The notes under the pieces: model-generated | What the model was told of the DNA's origin: nothing | What the model saw: the letters and a program-made list of their open reading frames with translations, nothing else | Database searches by the model: none | Assembly: GCA_965200965.1 (NCBI GenBank) | Contig: OZ241744.1 | Location: forward strand, 2,848,001-2,912,000 | Length of the DNA stretch: 64,000 bases | Reading direction: 5' to 3' | Source of the DNA: an uncultured Candidatus Binatia bacterium | Lineage (GTDB): Bacteria; Desulfobacterota; Binatia; Bin18 | Shown here: positions 22,892-31,427 of the stretch, piece after piece | Position numbering within the stretch: the first letter of the stretch is position 1 | Layout of the letters: every line of letters starts with the position of its first letter | Program-made: the position numbers and the translations under genes

Positions 22892-23704
22892 TCAGGGTGA
22901 AAGGTTCCAGCCGTGGGATGTGCCAAACGCGGGCGGGCGTTTTTCCAGGAACGCGTTCATACCCTCTCGGGCGTCCGCGGACAGAAACAGCTCGGCCTGG
23001 CTGTCGTGTTCATAGCTGAGGGTTTCCTCCAGGCCGGCGCTGGCCCCGAGGTAGACCCCGCGTTTGATATGGGCCAGGGTCTGGGGCGGGCCGGCAGCCA
23101 CCCGCCGGGCAAACGCGAGGGCGTCGGTCCGAAAACTCTGGTGTGGATAGACCCGGTTCAGCAGACCTAGACGCAGGGCCTCGGCGGCATCAATCTGCTC
23201 GCCGGTCAGCATCAGCTCCAGGGCTTTGGCCGTCCCGACCAGGCGGGGCAGTGACGAGAAACCCGCCCAGTCCGGGATAAGCCCGATTGTGACAAAGCTC
23301 TCGGCAAAGCGGGCTGTGTCTGCGCCCAGCCGCAGGTCACAGCCCAGGGCCAGGTTCATCCCTGCCCCGGCCGCGGCCCCGTTCACCGCGGCAACGACCG
23401 GCTTGGCCATGCCGCGGATGAGCCGGATGATCTTGCCGCCAACGACCGTGCGTTCTTTGATCACGCCGTTGTTGTTGTCGGCCTGGAGTTCGGCCATACT
23501 GGCAATATCGCCGCCGGCGCAGAAGGCGCGGCCCGCGCCGGTAATCATCACGCAGCGCACCGCCCGGTCGTCTGCCGCCTGTTCCAGTGCGGCCAGGAGT
23601 TCTTCGCGCATCGTGCCCGCAAAGGCGTTCAGCACTTCCGGGCGGTTGAGGGTGATGAGGGCCACCCGGTCGGACACTTGGCTGATAATTCGCTGTGTTG
23701 ACAT
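22892..23704 (-). CDS. enoyl-CoA hydratase/isomerase
   Basis: ITLNRPEVLNA, AFCAGGD, AAVNGAAAGAG, AFLEKRPP. Confidence 0.92.
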   Translation of the reverse strand: MSTQRIISQVSDRVALITLNRPEVLNAFAGTMREELLAALEQAADDRAVRCVMITGAGRAFCAGGDIASMAELQADNNNGVIKERTVVGGKIIRLIRGMAKPVVAAVNGAAAGAGMNLALGCDLRLGADTARFAESFVTIGLIPDWAGFSSLPRLVGTAKALELMLTGEQIDAAEALRLGLLNRVYPHQSFRTDALAFARRVAAGPPQTLAHIKRGVYLGASAGLEETLSYEHDSQAELFLSADAREGMNAFLEKRPPAFGTSHGWNLSP

Positions 23705-23735
23705 GTTCCTCTCTCCGTACAGAGCGTTGTGAGTG

Positions 23736-23846
23736 CGGCAATCCGCGCCGACAGGCCGTCGTAGACGCCGGGGGCGGTGATGAGACCGCCGCGACTGAGC
23801 AGGGCGCGAAGCTGGCCCGGGCCTTGGCTGGTGTGCGGGATGGCTA
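23736..23846 (-). pseudogene. N-terminal remnant of an isocitrate lyase/PEP mutase family gene
   Basis: LRALLSRGGLITAPGVYDGLSARIAA, then homology breaks off. Confidence 0.75.
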
Positions 23847-25358
23847 TGCTCGCTGCTCGCGGGCGGACCGGGCCGCGTGCGTTCCGGCCAGCCGGCCAAA
23901 GACCGCCCCGCGCATGAGGCCGGCCCCGCCCGGATAGTTGTGATAGAAGAATCCGCCCGTCATTTCGCCGCTGGCGAACAGGCCCGGAATCGGCCGCCCG
24001 AGCTGATCGACGACCGCGGCGTCGGTGCTGATCCGAATCCCGCCGAAGGTGAAGGTGATGCCGAGGCTGACCGCGCAGGCGCAAAACGGCGGCGTCTCAA
24101 TGCGGGTGGCCCAGTTGGTTTTGTCGGGCCGCAAGCCCCGGGTGTGCTTGCCGTCCAGCCTGTCGGGGTTGAAATCGCCGTCTTGCACCGCGGCGTTATA
24201 GGCCCCAAGCGTGGCCAGGAAGCCGGCTTTGCGAAAGCCGAGATGGCCGTAGCGTCGCTCAATGCCGTCGGCCAGGCCGGCCAGGCTGTCGGCCACCACC
24301 GGCGTGGCGGTGCTGTAGCGCGTCTCTAGCAGCGGCGTGGTCGTCCGGTCAAAGACCTGAAAAACGGTCGCCCTGGGCTGGCCAAGAATCTCCCGGCCCA
24401 TTTTGGCGTAGGTGTACAGCGTAGAATCCTCGCCCTCGTCAACAAAGCGTTCGCCGTCAAGGTTCACCATCACCGAGAAGGGATAGGACAGGCGGTTGGT
24501 CTTGTCGGTCAGCCGCAACTCGCCGTAGCTTGGCGCGTCGGCGTCAATTGGCGTGGCGTGACAGCCGGCCCATTCGCCGGAGCGCTGGGCACCGATGTCG
24601 AGCGCCTGGCGAATCATCTCACCGGTATTAAAGCGTGTGCCGCGAACCTTGACCAGGCTCCAGCTCGGACCCAGGTAGGCCGTTCGCATGGCGGGGCTGG
24701 CCTGAAACCCGCCGCTGGCCAGCACCAGCGCCCGGCAGGCCAGGGTGCGGACGCCCTCAGGTCCGCGCACCTCAAGACCGCGCACCCGTCCGCCCGGGCC
24801 GGTCACAATCCGTCCGGCCTTGGTTTCGTACAGCACCGGAATATCAGCCTCGTCGGCCAGCCCGAAGAGCGTACTGGACAGCGCCCTGCCCTCGCCCTTG
24901 GCGCGGAGCGCCCCGCCCCGCGACAGCCTGAGCTTTGCCGCGCCGGCCAGCCTGACCGCTCCCACCGCCCGGCTGAATTCCCACGCCACCCCCAGGTCGG
25001 CCATCCAGCGCACGGTATCATACGACCGATCGACCAAGGTCCGACTCAGCGCCGGGTCGGTCCGCCCCCCGCTTACCCGCTCCAAGTCGCGCAGATAGTC
25101 TTCACGGGTGTAGGGCTCGAGCGACACGGCGCTGGGATCATCGTTGTCCCGGACCACCGCGACCAGTTCTTCGAGGCTGTTATACACGCAGCGGAACACG
25201 CCGCCGGTAAAGCGCGTGTTGCCGCCCCGGAGTTTGTGGCTGGCCTTCTCCAGCACGACAACCCGGGCACCTTCGGCGCGGGCGGCCAGCGCCGCGGTCA
25301 ACGCCGCGTTGCCCGCCCCGACCACGATGACATCAAACGCTTCGTCTGTACGCGGCAC
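23844..25358 (-). CDS. FAD-dependent oxidoreductase, TcuA (tricarballylate dehydrogenase)-like
   Basis: DVIVVGAGNAA, GGNTRFTGG, ITFTFGG, NYPGGAGLMRGAVFGR. Confidence 0.85.
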   Translation of the reverse strand: MPRTDEAFDVIVVGAGNAALTAALAARAEGARVVVLEKASHKLRGGNTRFTGGVFRCVYNSLEELVAVVRDNDDPSAVSLEPYTREDYLRDLERVSGGRTDPALSRTLVDRSYDTVRWMADLGVAWEFSRAVGAVRLAGAAKLRLSRGGALRAKGEGRALSSTLFGLADEADIPVLYETKAGRIVTGPGGRVRGLEVRGPEGVRTLACRALVLASGGFQASPAMRTAYLGPSWSLVKVRGTRFNTGEMIRQALDIGAQRSGEWAGCHATPIDADAPSYGELRLTDKTNRLSYPFSVMVNLDGERFVDEGEDSTLYTYAKMGREILGQPRATVFQVFDRTTTPLLETRYSTATPVVADSLAGLADGIERRYGHLGFRKAGFLATLGAYNAAVQDGDFNPDRLDGKHTRGLRPDKTNWATRIETPPFCACAVSLGITFTFGGIRISTDAAVVDQLGRPIPGLFASGEMTGGFFYHNYPGGAGLMRGAVFGRLAGTHAARSAREQRA

Positions 25359-25511
25359 GCGCTCGTCCTCCTGTCTTGATCCTCCCCCGGCCAACTACAC
25401 TGTTTCCGGCCCTGCATCAACACGCTTGGGTGACGGAGGCTTGACCCGGGCGTGTTGAGTAGCGTACAGGAGGAGAAAGCGATTGCCGCCTGACACACAA
25501 GGAGGGTTGTT

Positions 25512-26042
25512 ATGGCACGACCGAGAGGAATGTCCCATGTAGCGCTCTGCGCCCGCGACTTTGACCGCTCGCTGCACTTCTACCGTGATCTGCTCGGCTT
25601 CAAGGTTGCTCAGGAGGGCACCAACGTCGAGGGTCGGGGCGAGGATGCGGGCATCTACCGGGTCAAAAACCGCAAGGTGCGCTTTGCCACCCTGCGCTAT
25701 GGCGCGGCAAAAAAAGGGCCATACGGCATGACCGAAGACGCCCCGATTGTGGTCATCATCGCCCCTGAAGGCAAGCCGCCGACCGGACGCAGCATCAAGG
25801 TTGACCAGGTCGGCATCTCGCACATCGGCTTCTGGGTCAAAGGGCTGAACGCGATGTATACCGACCTCAAGGCCAGGGGGGTGACATTTGCCGCCGCCCC
25901 GCACGTCCTGGCCCGGACCAAAGAGGGCACAATCCGCAGCGCGTTTGCCGAAGACCCGGACGGCATTCTGATCCAGCTTGACGAAATGATACCGGCCAGG
26001 AAGACCGCCTCAGCGCGGGCCGCCCAGGCGCGGTTCAGCTAG
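25512..26042 (+). CDS. VOC/glyoxalase family protein
   Basis: SHVALCARDFDRSLHFYRDLLGF, SHIGF, EDPDGILIQL. Confidence 0.9.
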   Translation: MARPRGMSHVALCARDFDRSLHFYRDLLGFKVAQEGTNVEGRGEDAGIYRVKNRKVRFATLRYGAAKKGPYGMTEDAPIVVIIAPEGKPPTGRSIKVDQVGISHIGFWVKGLNAMYTDLKARGVTFAAAPHVLARTKEGTIRSAFAEDPDGILIQLDEMIPARKTASARAAQARFS

Positions 26043-26122
26043 CGAAACTCGGGCATGACTTCCTGGGCGAAGACCTCCAGCCCGCGCGTGGCCCGGGCCG
26101 GGTCACGCGCCCCGGCGTGCAT
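26039..26122 (-). pseudogene. separated C-terminal 27 aa of the LLM gene at 26722-27681
   Basis: MHAGARDPARATRGLEVFAQEVMPEFR* is a typical LLM terminal helix; its stop overlaps the convergent VOC stop. Confidence 0.85.
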
Positions 26123-26162
26123 ATGGTGCTCCTCCTCTCCCCATCTGCACACCCCGAATAAG

Positions 26163-26729
26163 TCAAGTCTCAGAGAGACTCAACAACTCCTCGACTGAAT
26201 CGTGCTTGCCGCCTTGGCTTTCCAATTCAGGATTGACCGGCAAGCCTAGGGTCGAGAGGACGATCTTGTGGAACAGGACGTTGATCTCCTGCTTGGCCTT
26301 GATCCCTGCGCCATTCCGCCGGCCGTCATACTTGCCTGGTTTGGCCTTGTTCCGCCCGCGTTTCTTCATATCCGCCATGTTCTCGGACTGGCGGATTTTA
26401 TTCAGGTGGGTTATCTGGCAGCAGCTTGGCTCGTCGCAGTCGTGACCGATGACATAGCCTTCTAGTTCCTTGCCCCAAACGCTGTTCCCGTTCATCACGG
26501 CGTAACGGAGCCTGTGAAAGTAGGTGTTGCCCTTACTCCCGTCCGCCCGTGGAACGCACTGGACGATTTTGTAGCCAGTCTTGTTGATTTCCAAATCAGG
26601 GATTATGCAGTCGCCAGGAAGGTTTTTGTATTCATCTCCTGGCGGCTTGGGCTGTTCGACCGCTGTTGCCATAAACCAGTCAACGATCTCGGCCTCGCTC
26701 ATGTTCGGTGGACGCTTTTTCCTAGGCAT
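26163..26729 (-). CDS. phage-type HNH (HNH_3-like) endonuclease inserted in the LLM gene
   Basis: HRLRY...VIGHDCDEPSCCQITHL...SENMADMKKRGR; lower GC than flanks. Confidence 0.8.
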   Translation of the reverse strand: MPRKKRPPNMSEAEIVDWFMATAVEQPKPPGDEYKNLPGDCIIPDLEINKTGYKIVQCVPRADGSKGNTYFHRLRYAVMNGNSVWGKELEGYVIGHDCDEPSCCQITHLNKIRQSENMADMKKRGRNKAKPGKYDGRRNGAGIKAKQEINVLFHKIVLSTLGLPVNPELESQGGKHDSVEELLSLSET

Positions 26730-27681
26730 AGAAGGCCACCTGCTCTATACCGAACTCGTCCCGCAGCTCGGCCAGCCGCCGTCGGCAGTCCTGCGGGCTG
26801 CCGACAAGCGCCCGCTCCTCCACATGCTCGGGCAGGGATTGGACCAGGTCCAGGAAGGCTTTGAGCGGGTCGCCCGAGCGGAGTTGGGCCACCGCCTCGG
26901 GCGGGATAAACGACGAGATCAGGCGGACATAGTTGCGGGTGCAGGCTTGGGCTTCGGCCATCGCCCGCTGGCGGTCGTGGTCCACAAACAGAAAAAAGAT
27001 AAAGGTGGCCTGTCGGCCGCGGTGGCCGTGCTCTTTGAGCAGGCCGCGGTAGCGTTCAACCCGGCGGCGGACCTCGGGGTGCGGGGCGGACAGCCAGGGC
27101 ACGACAAAGGCGTTGTCGCCGGCCGCCGCGGCCGCCTCAAAGGACTCCAGGCTGAGCGTACCGCGGTAGATCGGCGGGTGGGGTTTCTGGACCGGCTTGG
27201 GCGACAGGGCCAGCTCTGGGACCTGCCAGAAGCGGCCCTGGTAGGAAAAACGGTCGTGGGTCCAGGCGTGGCGGATAATCGCCAGGGCTTCTTCGTAGCG
27301 GGCCTGACTCTCCTGCGGTGGCACCCCGAAGCCCTCGAAATGTTTGGGGATGATGCCGCGTCCGACCCCGAAGTCGAGGCGGCCGTCGCTCAGAATGTCG
27401 AGCATGGCGAAGTCCTCGGCTTTGCGGAGCGGGTTTTCAAACGGCAGCAGGCTGATGGCGGTACCCAGCCGCAGGCGTGTGGTCTGCCGAGCCAGGGCGG
27501 TCAGAAAGAGTTGCGGGCTGGGACAGATGCCGAAGGCGTAAAAGTGCTCCTCGCCCAGCCAGACCGAGTCAAACCCGAGTTGTTCGGAACGGAGAATCAG
27601 GTCAAGGGTGTCCTGATAATAGCGGACCTCGTTCTGGCGGTCCTGGAAAAAGTCAAACAGAGAGAACAGCCCGAATCTCAT
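26722..27681 (-). CDS. LLM class flavin-dependent oxidoreductase, truncated by the HNH insertion
   Basis: LGFDSVWLGEEHF, AEDFAMLDILSDGRLDFGVGRG, PKPVQKPHPP. Confidence 0.9.
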   Translation of the reverse strand: MRFGLFSLFDFFQDRQNEVRYYQDTLDLILRSEQLGFDSVWLGEEHFYAFGICPSPQLFLTALARQTTRLRLGTAISLLPFENPLRKAEDFAMLDILSDGRLDFGVGRGIIPKHFEGFGVPPQESQARYEEALAIIRHAWTHDRFSYQGRFWQVPELALSPKPVQKPHPPIYRGTLSLESFEAAAAAGDNAFVVPWLSAPHPEVRRRVERYRGLLKEHGHRGRQATFIFFLFVDHDRQRAMAEAQACTRNYVRLISSFIPPEAVAQLRSGDPLKAFLDLVQSLPEHVEERALVGSPQDCRRRLAELRDEFGIEQVAFYA

Positions 27682-27692
27682 ACTGCTTCCTT

Positions 27693-29366
27693 TCAGAACA
27701 TGCCCGAAATTTTGCCCTCCGCGTCCATTTTCATGCCACAGGCGGCCGGCTGAGCGGCCAGGCCCGGCATGGTCAGCATGTTTCCGGTCAGCGGCACACA
27801 GAAACCCGCCCCGGCCGACAGGCGAATCTCACGCACCGACAGGGTAAAGTCCCGCGGACGACCGTAGCGTTTGGGATCGTCGGACAGCGACATCTGGGTC
27901 TTGGCTATGCAGACCGGAAGGTGGCTGTAGCCGAGTTCGTCTATCTGTTTGAGGTCGGCCCGGGCGCGCGGCAGCAGGCTAATATCCGCGGCACCGTAGA
28001 TCGTGTGGGCGATGGTGCGAAGTTTGTCCGCAATCGGCATGTCTGAGGAATACAGAAAGCGCGGCTCGGGCGGGTCTGGCCGACACGCCTCGACAATCGT
28101 TTCGGCCAGGGCCAAGCCGCCCTCTCCGCCCTGGCCGAACACATCAATGACCGTGGCCGCCGCGCCCAGGGCCTGGCACTCGTCTACAATCAGATGCAAT
28201 TCGTCCGGGCTGTCGGACGCAAAGCGGTTGACCGCAATGACCGGCTGGAGACCATAGGCGCGGACGCTCTCGGCGTGTTTGCCCAGATTATCCATGCCGG
28301 CCTTGAGGCTGCCCAGGTCGGGCCTTGTCACCTCGGCGACGGGCGTGCCGCCGTGCATTTTGAGCGCTTTGGCGGTAGCCACGAGCACCACCACCGACGG
28401 CCAGATACCGGCCTCGCGGCACTTGATATCGAGAAACTTCTCGCCGCCCAGATCAAAACCGAAGCCGGCTTCAGTGACCACATAGTCGGCGTACTGCAAG
28501 GCCATGCGGGTCGCCAGCACACTGTTGCAGCCGTGGGCAATGTTGGCAAACGGGCCGCCGTGGACAAAGGCCGGGACGCCTTCGACGGTCTGCACCAGGT
28601 TCGGCTTCAGGGCGTCTCTGAGGATGATCGCCATCGCGTCGGGTGCGCGGACATCGCCGGCCAGGACCGGTTTGCGCTGCCGGGTAAAGCCGACCACAAT
28701 CCGTGACAAGCGCTCAAGGAGGTCGGCCGGGCCGCTGCTCAGCGACAGAATGGCCATGATTTCAGACGCGGCGGTGATATCAAAGCCGTCTTCACGCGGC
28801 ACGCCCATCAGCCGCCCGCCCAGCCCCAGGACGATCTGACGCAGCGCCCGGTCGTTCATATCCATGACCCGTCGCCAGCGGACCTGGCGCACATCGCAGT
28901 CGGTCTGGCTGTGAAACAGGGCGTTATCGAGCATGGCGGCCAACAGATTATGGGCCGAGGTGACGGCGTGTATGTCGCCGGTGAAGTGCAGATTGATGTC
29001 CTCCATCGGCAGCACTTGCGAGCGGCCGCCGCCACAGCCGCCGCCTTTGACGCCGAAGACCGGCCCCATTGAGGGCTCGCGGACGGCCACCGCGGCGTTT
29101 TTGCCCAAGCGCGCCAGGGCCTGGCCGAGGCCGATGGTGGTGGTGGTCTTTCCTTCGCCCGCGGGGGTTGGCGTCATTGCGGAAACGAGAATGAGGCGGC
29201 CCTGGGGTTGGGAGGCGGCCGTGGACAAGGCTTCAAGCCCGACCTTGGCTTTGACCCGACCGTAGAGTTCGAGGTGTTCAGGGGGAAGGGATAAGCCGGC
29301 CGCAATCTCCTCAATCGGTTTGAGGGTCACGGCTTGGGCCACAGCCAGATTCTGCTCACGGCTCAT
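27693..29366 (-). CDS. fhs: formate--tetrahydrofolate ligase
   Basis: TPTPAGEGKTTT, INLHFTGDIHA, HGGPFANIAHGCNS, TMPGL. Confidence 0.97.
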   Translation of the reverse strand: MSREQNLAVAQAVTLKPIEEIAAGLSLPPEHLELYGRVKAKVGLEALSTAASQPQGRLILVSAMTPTPAGEGKTTTTIGLGQALARLGKNAAVAVREPSMGPVFGVKGGGCGGGRSQVLPMEDINLHFTGDIHAVTSAHNLLAAMLDNALFHSQTDCDVRQVRWRRVMDMNDRALRQIVLGLGGRLMGVPREDGFDITAASEIMAILSLSSGPADLLERLSRIVVGFTRQRKPVLAGDVRAPDAMAIILRDALKPNLVQTVEGVPAFVHGGPFANIAHGCNSVLATRMALQYADYVVTEAGFGFDLGGEKFLDIKCREAGIWPSVVVLVATAKALKMHGGTPVAEVTRPDLGSLKAGMDNLGKHAESVRAYGLQPVIAVNRFASDSPDELHLIVDECQALGAAATVIDVFGQGGEGGLALAETIVEACRPDPPEPRFLYSSDMPIADKLRTIAHTIYGAADISLLPRARADLKQIDELGYSHLPVCIAKTQMSLSDDPKRYGRPRDFTLSVREIRLSAGAGFCVPLTGNMLTMPGLAAQPAACGMKMDAEGKISGMF

Positions 29367-29461
29367 GCGGGTGCTTCCTTTCAGGTGTCTCTGGTCTCTG
29401 CCGCGGGATTGTCCACCCGCAAGCAAAGGCTTGTCAAGAAGACGGCGCGTGATATATACAC

Positions 29462-29512
29462 AGGAGCGAAGGTGTCGCCTTCCGGGCGATCTGATGACAC
29501 GTTCACTCCTTG
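29462..29512 (+). repeat. 51-bp imperfect hairpin element, copy 1 of an inverted pair
   Basis: 44/51 identical to the reverse complement of 30618-30668. Confidence 0.85.
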
Positions 29513-29562
29513 GGCCGCCTGTCCCAGTGGGAAGAAGTGCGGGGCGGTTTGTCGGAGGAAGC

Positions 29563-30588
29563 ATGACAGCGGCACAGGGCGACTCGCATCGCCTACGCAA
29601 TCTGGCCCTCAGTCTGGTCGTCAGCGGCGGTTTTCTATACCTGGCCTTTCGGAATGTCGAACTCGACGAGTTGGGCCGGGCGCTGGCCCGGGTGGACGGC
29701 GGCTGGCTGCTGGTGGCGGTCGTCGTCAGCCTGCTCATCATGGTGTTTCGCGCTTGGCGCTGGCAGCTGGAGTTGTGGCCGCTGGAGCGCGTGCCGCTCG
29801 GCCGCCTGTGGGTCATCTCGTCGGTTGCCTATCTGGCCATCAACCTGCTGCCGGTCCGGCTGGGCGAGGTTGTCCGCCCCTGGCTGCTTTCGCGTCGCTC
29901 AAGCGTGTCCTTCTCGAATGTGGTCGGCAACCTGGTGGTGGAGAAAACGGTCGATCTCGTGGTGGTGGTGGTGTATATTCTGGTCGGGCTGCTGACGGTT
30001 GGTGCCCTCCCTCAGTGGGTGCGCCAACTGGCGCTGTTTCCCGCGGGGGTGGCCGCGGTCCTGGTCAGCCTGGTGCTGCTGTTCTGGTGGAAAGGCGAGG
30101 TGTTTGTTGAGCGCTGGGTGCTGCGGGTCCTGCCCCGGAGCTTTGGCGGGCGTCTCAGAGTGATCCTGGCCTCGGTTGCCGAGGGCATGAAGGTCATTCC
30201 CAACACGGGCCTCCTGCTGGCGGTGTTCGCAGTCTCGCTGGCGCTGTGGTTTCTGCCCATTGTGTCGAGCTACATCATGATCCGCGCCTTTGAGTTGGAC
30301 GCGCCGTTCAGCGCCGCCCTGGTGGTGTTTATTTTTATCGGCTTTGGCACCGCGCTGCCCAATCTGCCCGGCATGATCGGGCCCTACCAATATGCCTGTC
30401 AGTTGGCGCTGGGTCTGTTCGGGGTCAGTCAGGTGGACGGTCTGGCCTATGGTCTGGTGCTGAACGCCGTCCAGTTTCTGACCCTTGTGGCCCAGGGGTT
30501 ATGCGCCCTGCCCATTGCCGGCGTGCGCTTTGCCGATATTCGGAAGGCCGGCGATGAGGTTAAATTGGAAGGGGCGGCAGCCAGGTAG
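29563..30588 (+). CDS. lysylphosphatidylglycerol synthase TM / flippase-like membrane protein (UPF0104)
   Basis: RAWRW, NLLPVRLGEVVR, PNLPGMIGPYQ; multiple TM helices. Confidence 0.88.
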   Translation: MTAAQGDSHRLRNLALSLVVSGGFLYLAFRNVELDELGRALARVDGGWLLVAVVVSLLIMVFRAWRWQLELWPLERVPLGRLWVISSVAYLAINLLPVRLGEVVRPWLLSRRSSVSFSNVVGNLVVEKTVDLVVVVVYILVGLLTVGALPQWVRQLALFPAGVAAVLVSLVLLFWWKGEVFVERWVLRVLPRSFGGRLRVILASVAEGMKVIPNTGLLLAVFAVSLALWFLPIVSSYIMIRAFELDAPFSAALVVFIFIGFGTALPNLPGMIGPYQYACQLALGLFGVSQVDGLAYGLVLNAVQFLTLVAQGLCALPIAGVRFADIRKAGDEVKLEGAAAR

Positions 30589-30607
30589 GGGGAACCGCAT
30601 GACGCCT

Positions 30608-31276
30608 CTACTGTTGACAAGCAGTGAACGTGTCATCCAATCGACCGGAAGGCGACCCGTTCACTCCTCGCGGCGCGGCCCGTCGGGCGTACAGGAAAAA
30701 CCGGAGCCGCAGACCCATCGCCAGCAGCAGATAGGCCAGCCACAGGCCGAGCAGGCCACGCTCAACGAGACCCGGCAGGAGTTGCTGGCCGAGGGCCGTA
30801 TGCAGCCCCAGTGCGCCGGTCCCGATAAAATTGAGAATCCCCGCCCAATGGCCAACGGGATTGGACACCAGCACGACACTGGTATCGCGGTCTGACAGCA
30901 GCCAGGAGTCGAGCACATACTGGCCGAAGGCTACGGCCACGCCGGCTGGAATCCACCACGGCAGCGTGCCCAGGTAGACCAGATAGCCGAGCGTTACCAG
31001 CAGAAAGCTGATATCGGCCAGGTTATCGAACATTTTCCCCCGCTCGGAACTCAGCCCCAGCGTCCGGGCGACCGGACCGTCGTAATAGTCAGTGGCACAG
31101 ATCAGGACAAACAGGCCGGCCACCAGCCCGGCATTGCCCACACTTGGCCGCCGCCACCCGGTGTCAACAGCGTACACAAAAAGCGGGGTCAGGAGCAGCC
31201 GCAGAGCGGTCAGCGCATGGGCAAAGTTGAACGGCCGCCGGTCGGGAAAAACGTTGACAGAATGCCTCGTTGCCAT
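30608..31276 (-). CDS. CDP-alcohol phosphatidyltransferase (PgsA-like)
   Basis: LTALRL, TDYYDGPVAR...GKMFDNLAD signature. Confidence 0.9.
   Translation of the reverse strand: MATRHSVNVFPDRRPFNFAHALTALRLLLTPLFVYAVDTGWRRPSVGNAGLVAGLFVLICATDYYDGPVARTLGLSSERGKMFDNLADISFLLVTLGYLVYLGTLPWWIPAGVAVAFGQYVLDSWLLSDRDTSVVLVSNPVGHWAGILNFIGTGALGLHTALGQQLLPGLVERGLLGLWLAYLLLAMGLRLRFFLYARRAAPRGVNGSPSGRLDDTFTACQQ
30618..30668 (-). repeat. 51-bp imperfect hairpin element, copy 2 (inside the 3' end of the pgsA-like gene)
   Basis: inverted copy of 29462-29512. Confidence 0.85.
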
Positions 31277-31427
31277 CCCTCCAGTGTAGACGGGAGGGGT
31301 GGGAAACGGAACGGCCGCGCGGATAAATGGGCAGCTGGAGACGCGCCTGTTGGCCTTGCTCGGGGCATTGTCCCTGACTATGATTGGTCAAAACTCGTTC
31401 GAGACCCGGCGGATACAGGGGAACGAA

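Noticed and set aside
26125-26729. Group I intron or intein carrying the HNH
   Set aside because: Only about 38 non-coding nt, too little for a ribozyme core; the HNH is out of frame with the host gene and lacks intein terminal residues
29462-29512. Fluoride riboswitch, ZTP/THF riboswitch near fhs, or SRP RNA
   Set aside because: Superficial likeness (GCGA.GGTGT.CGCC...CTGATGACAC), but the conserved GAUGG/AAAC/CUAC elements are missing and the second copy fits worse; no SRP CAGG/AGCAG loop
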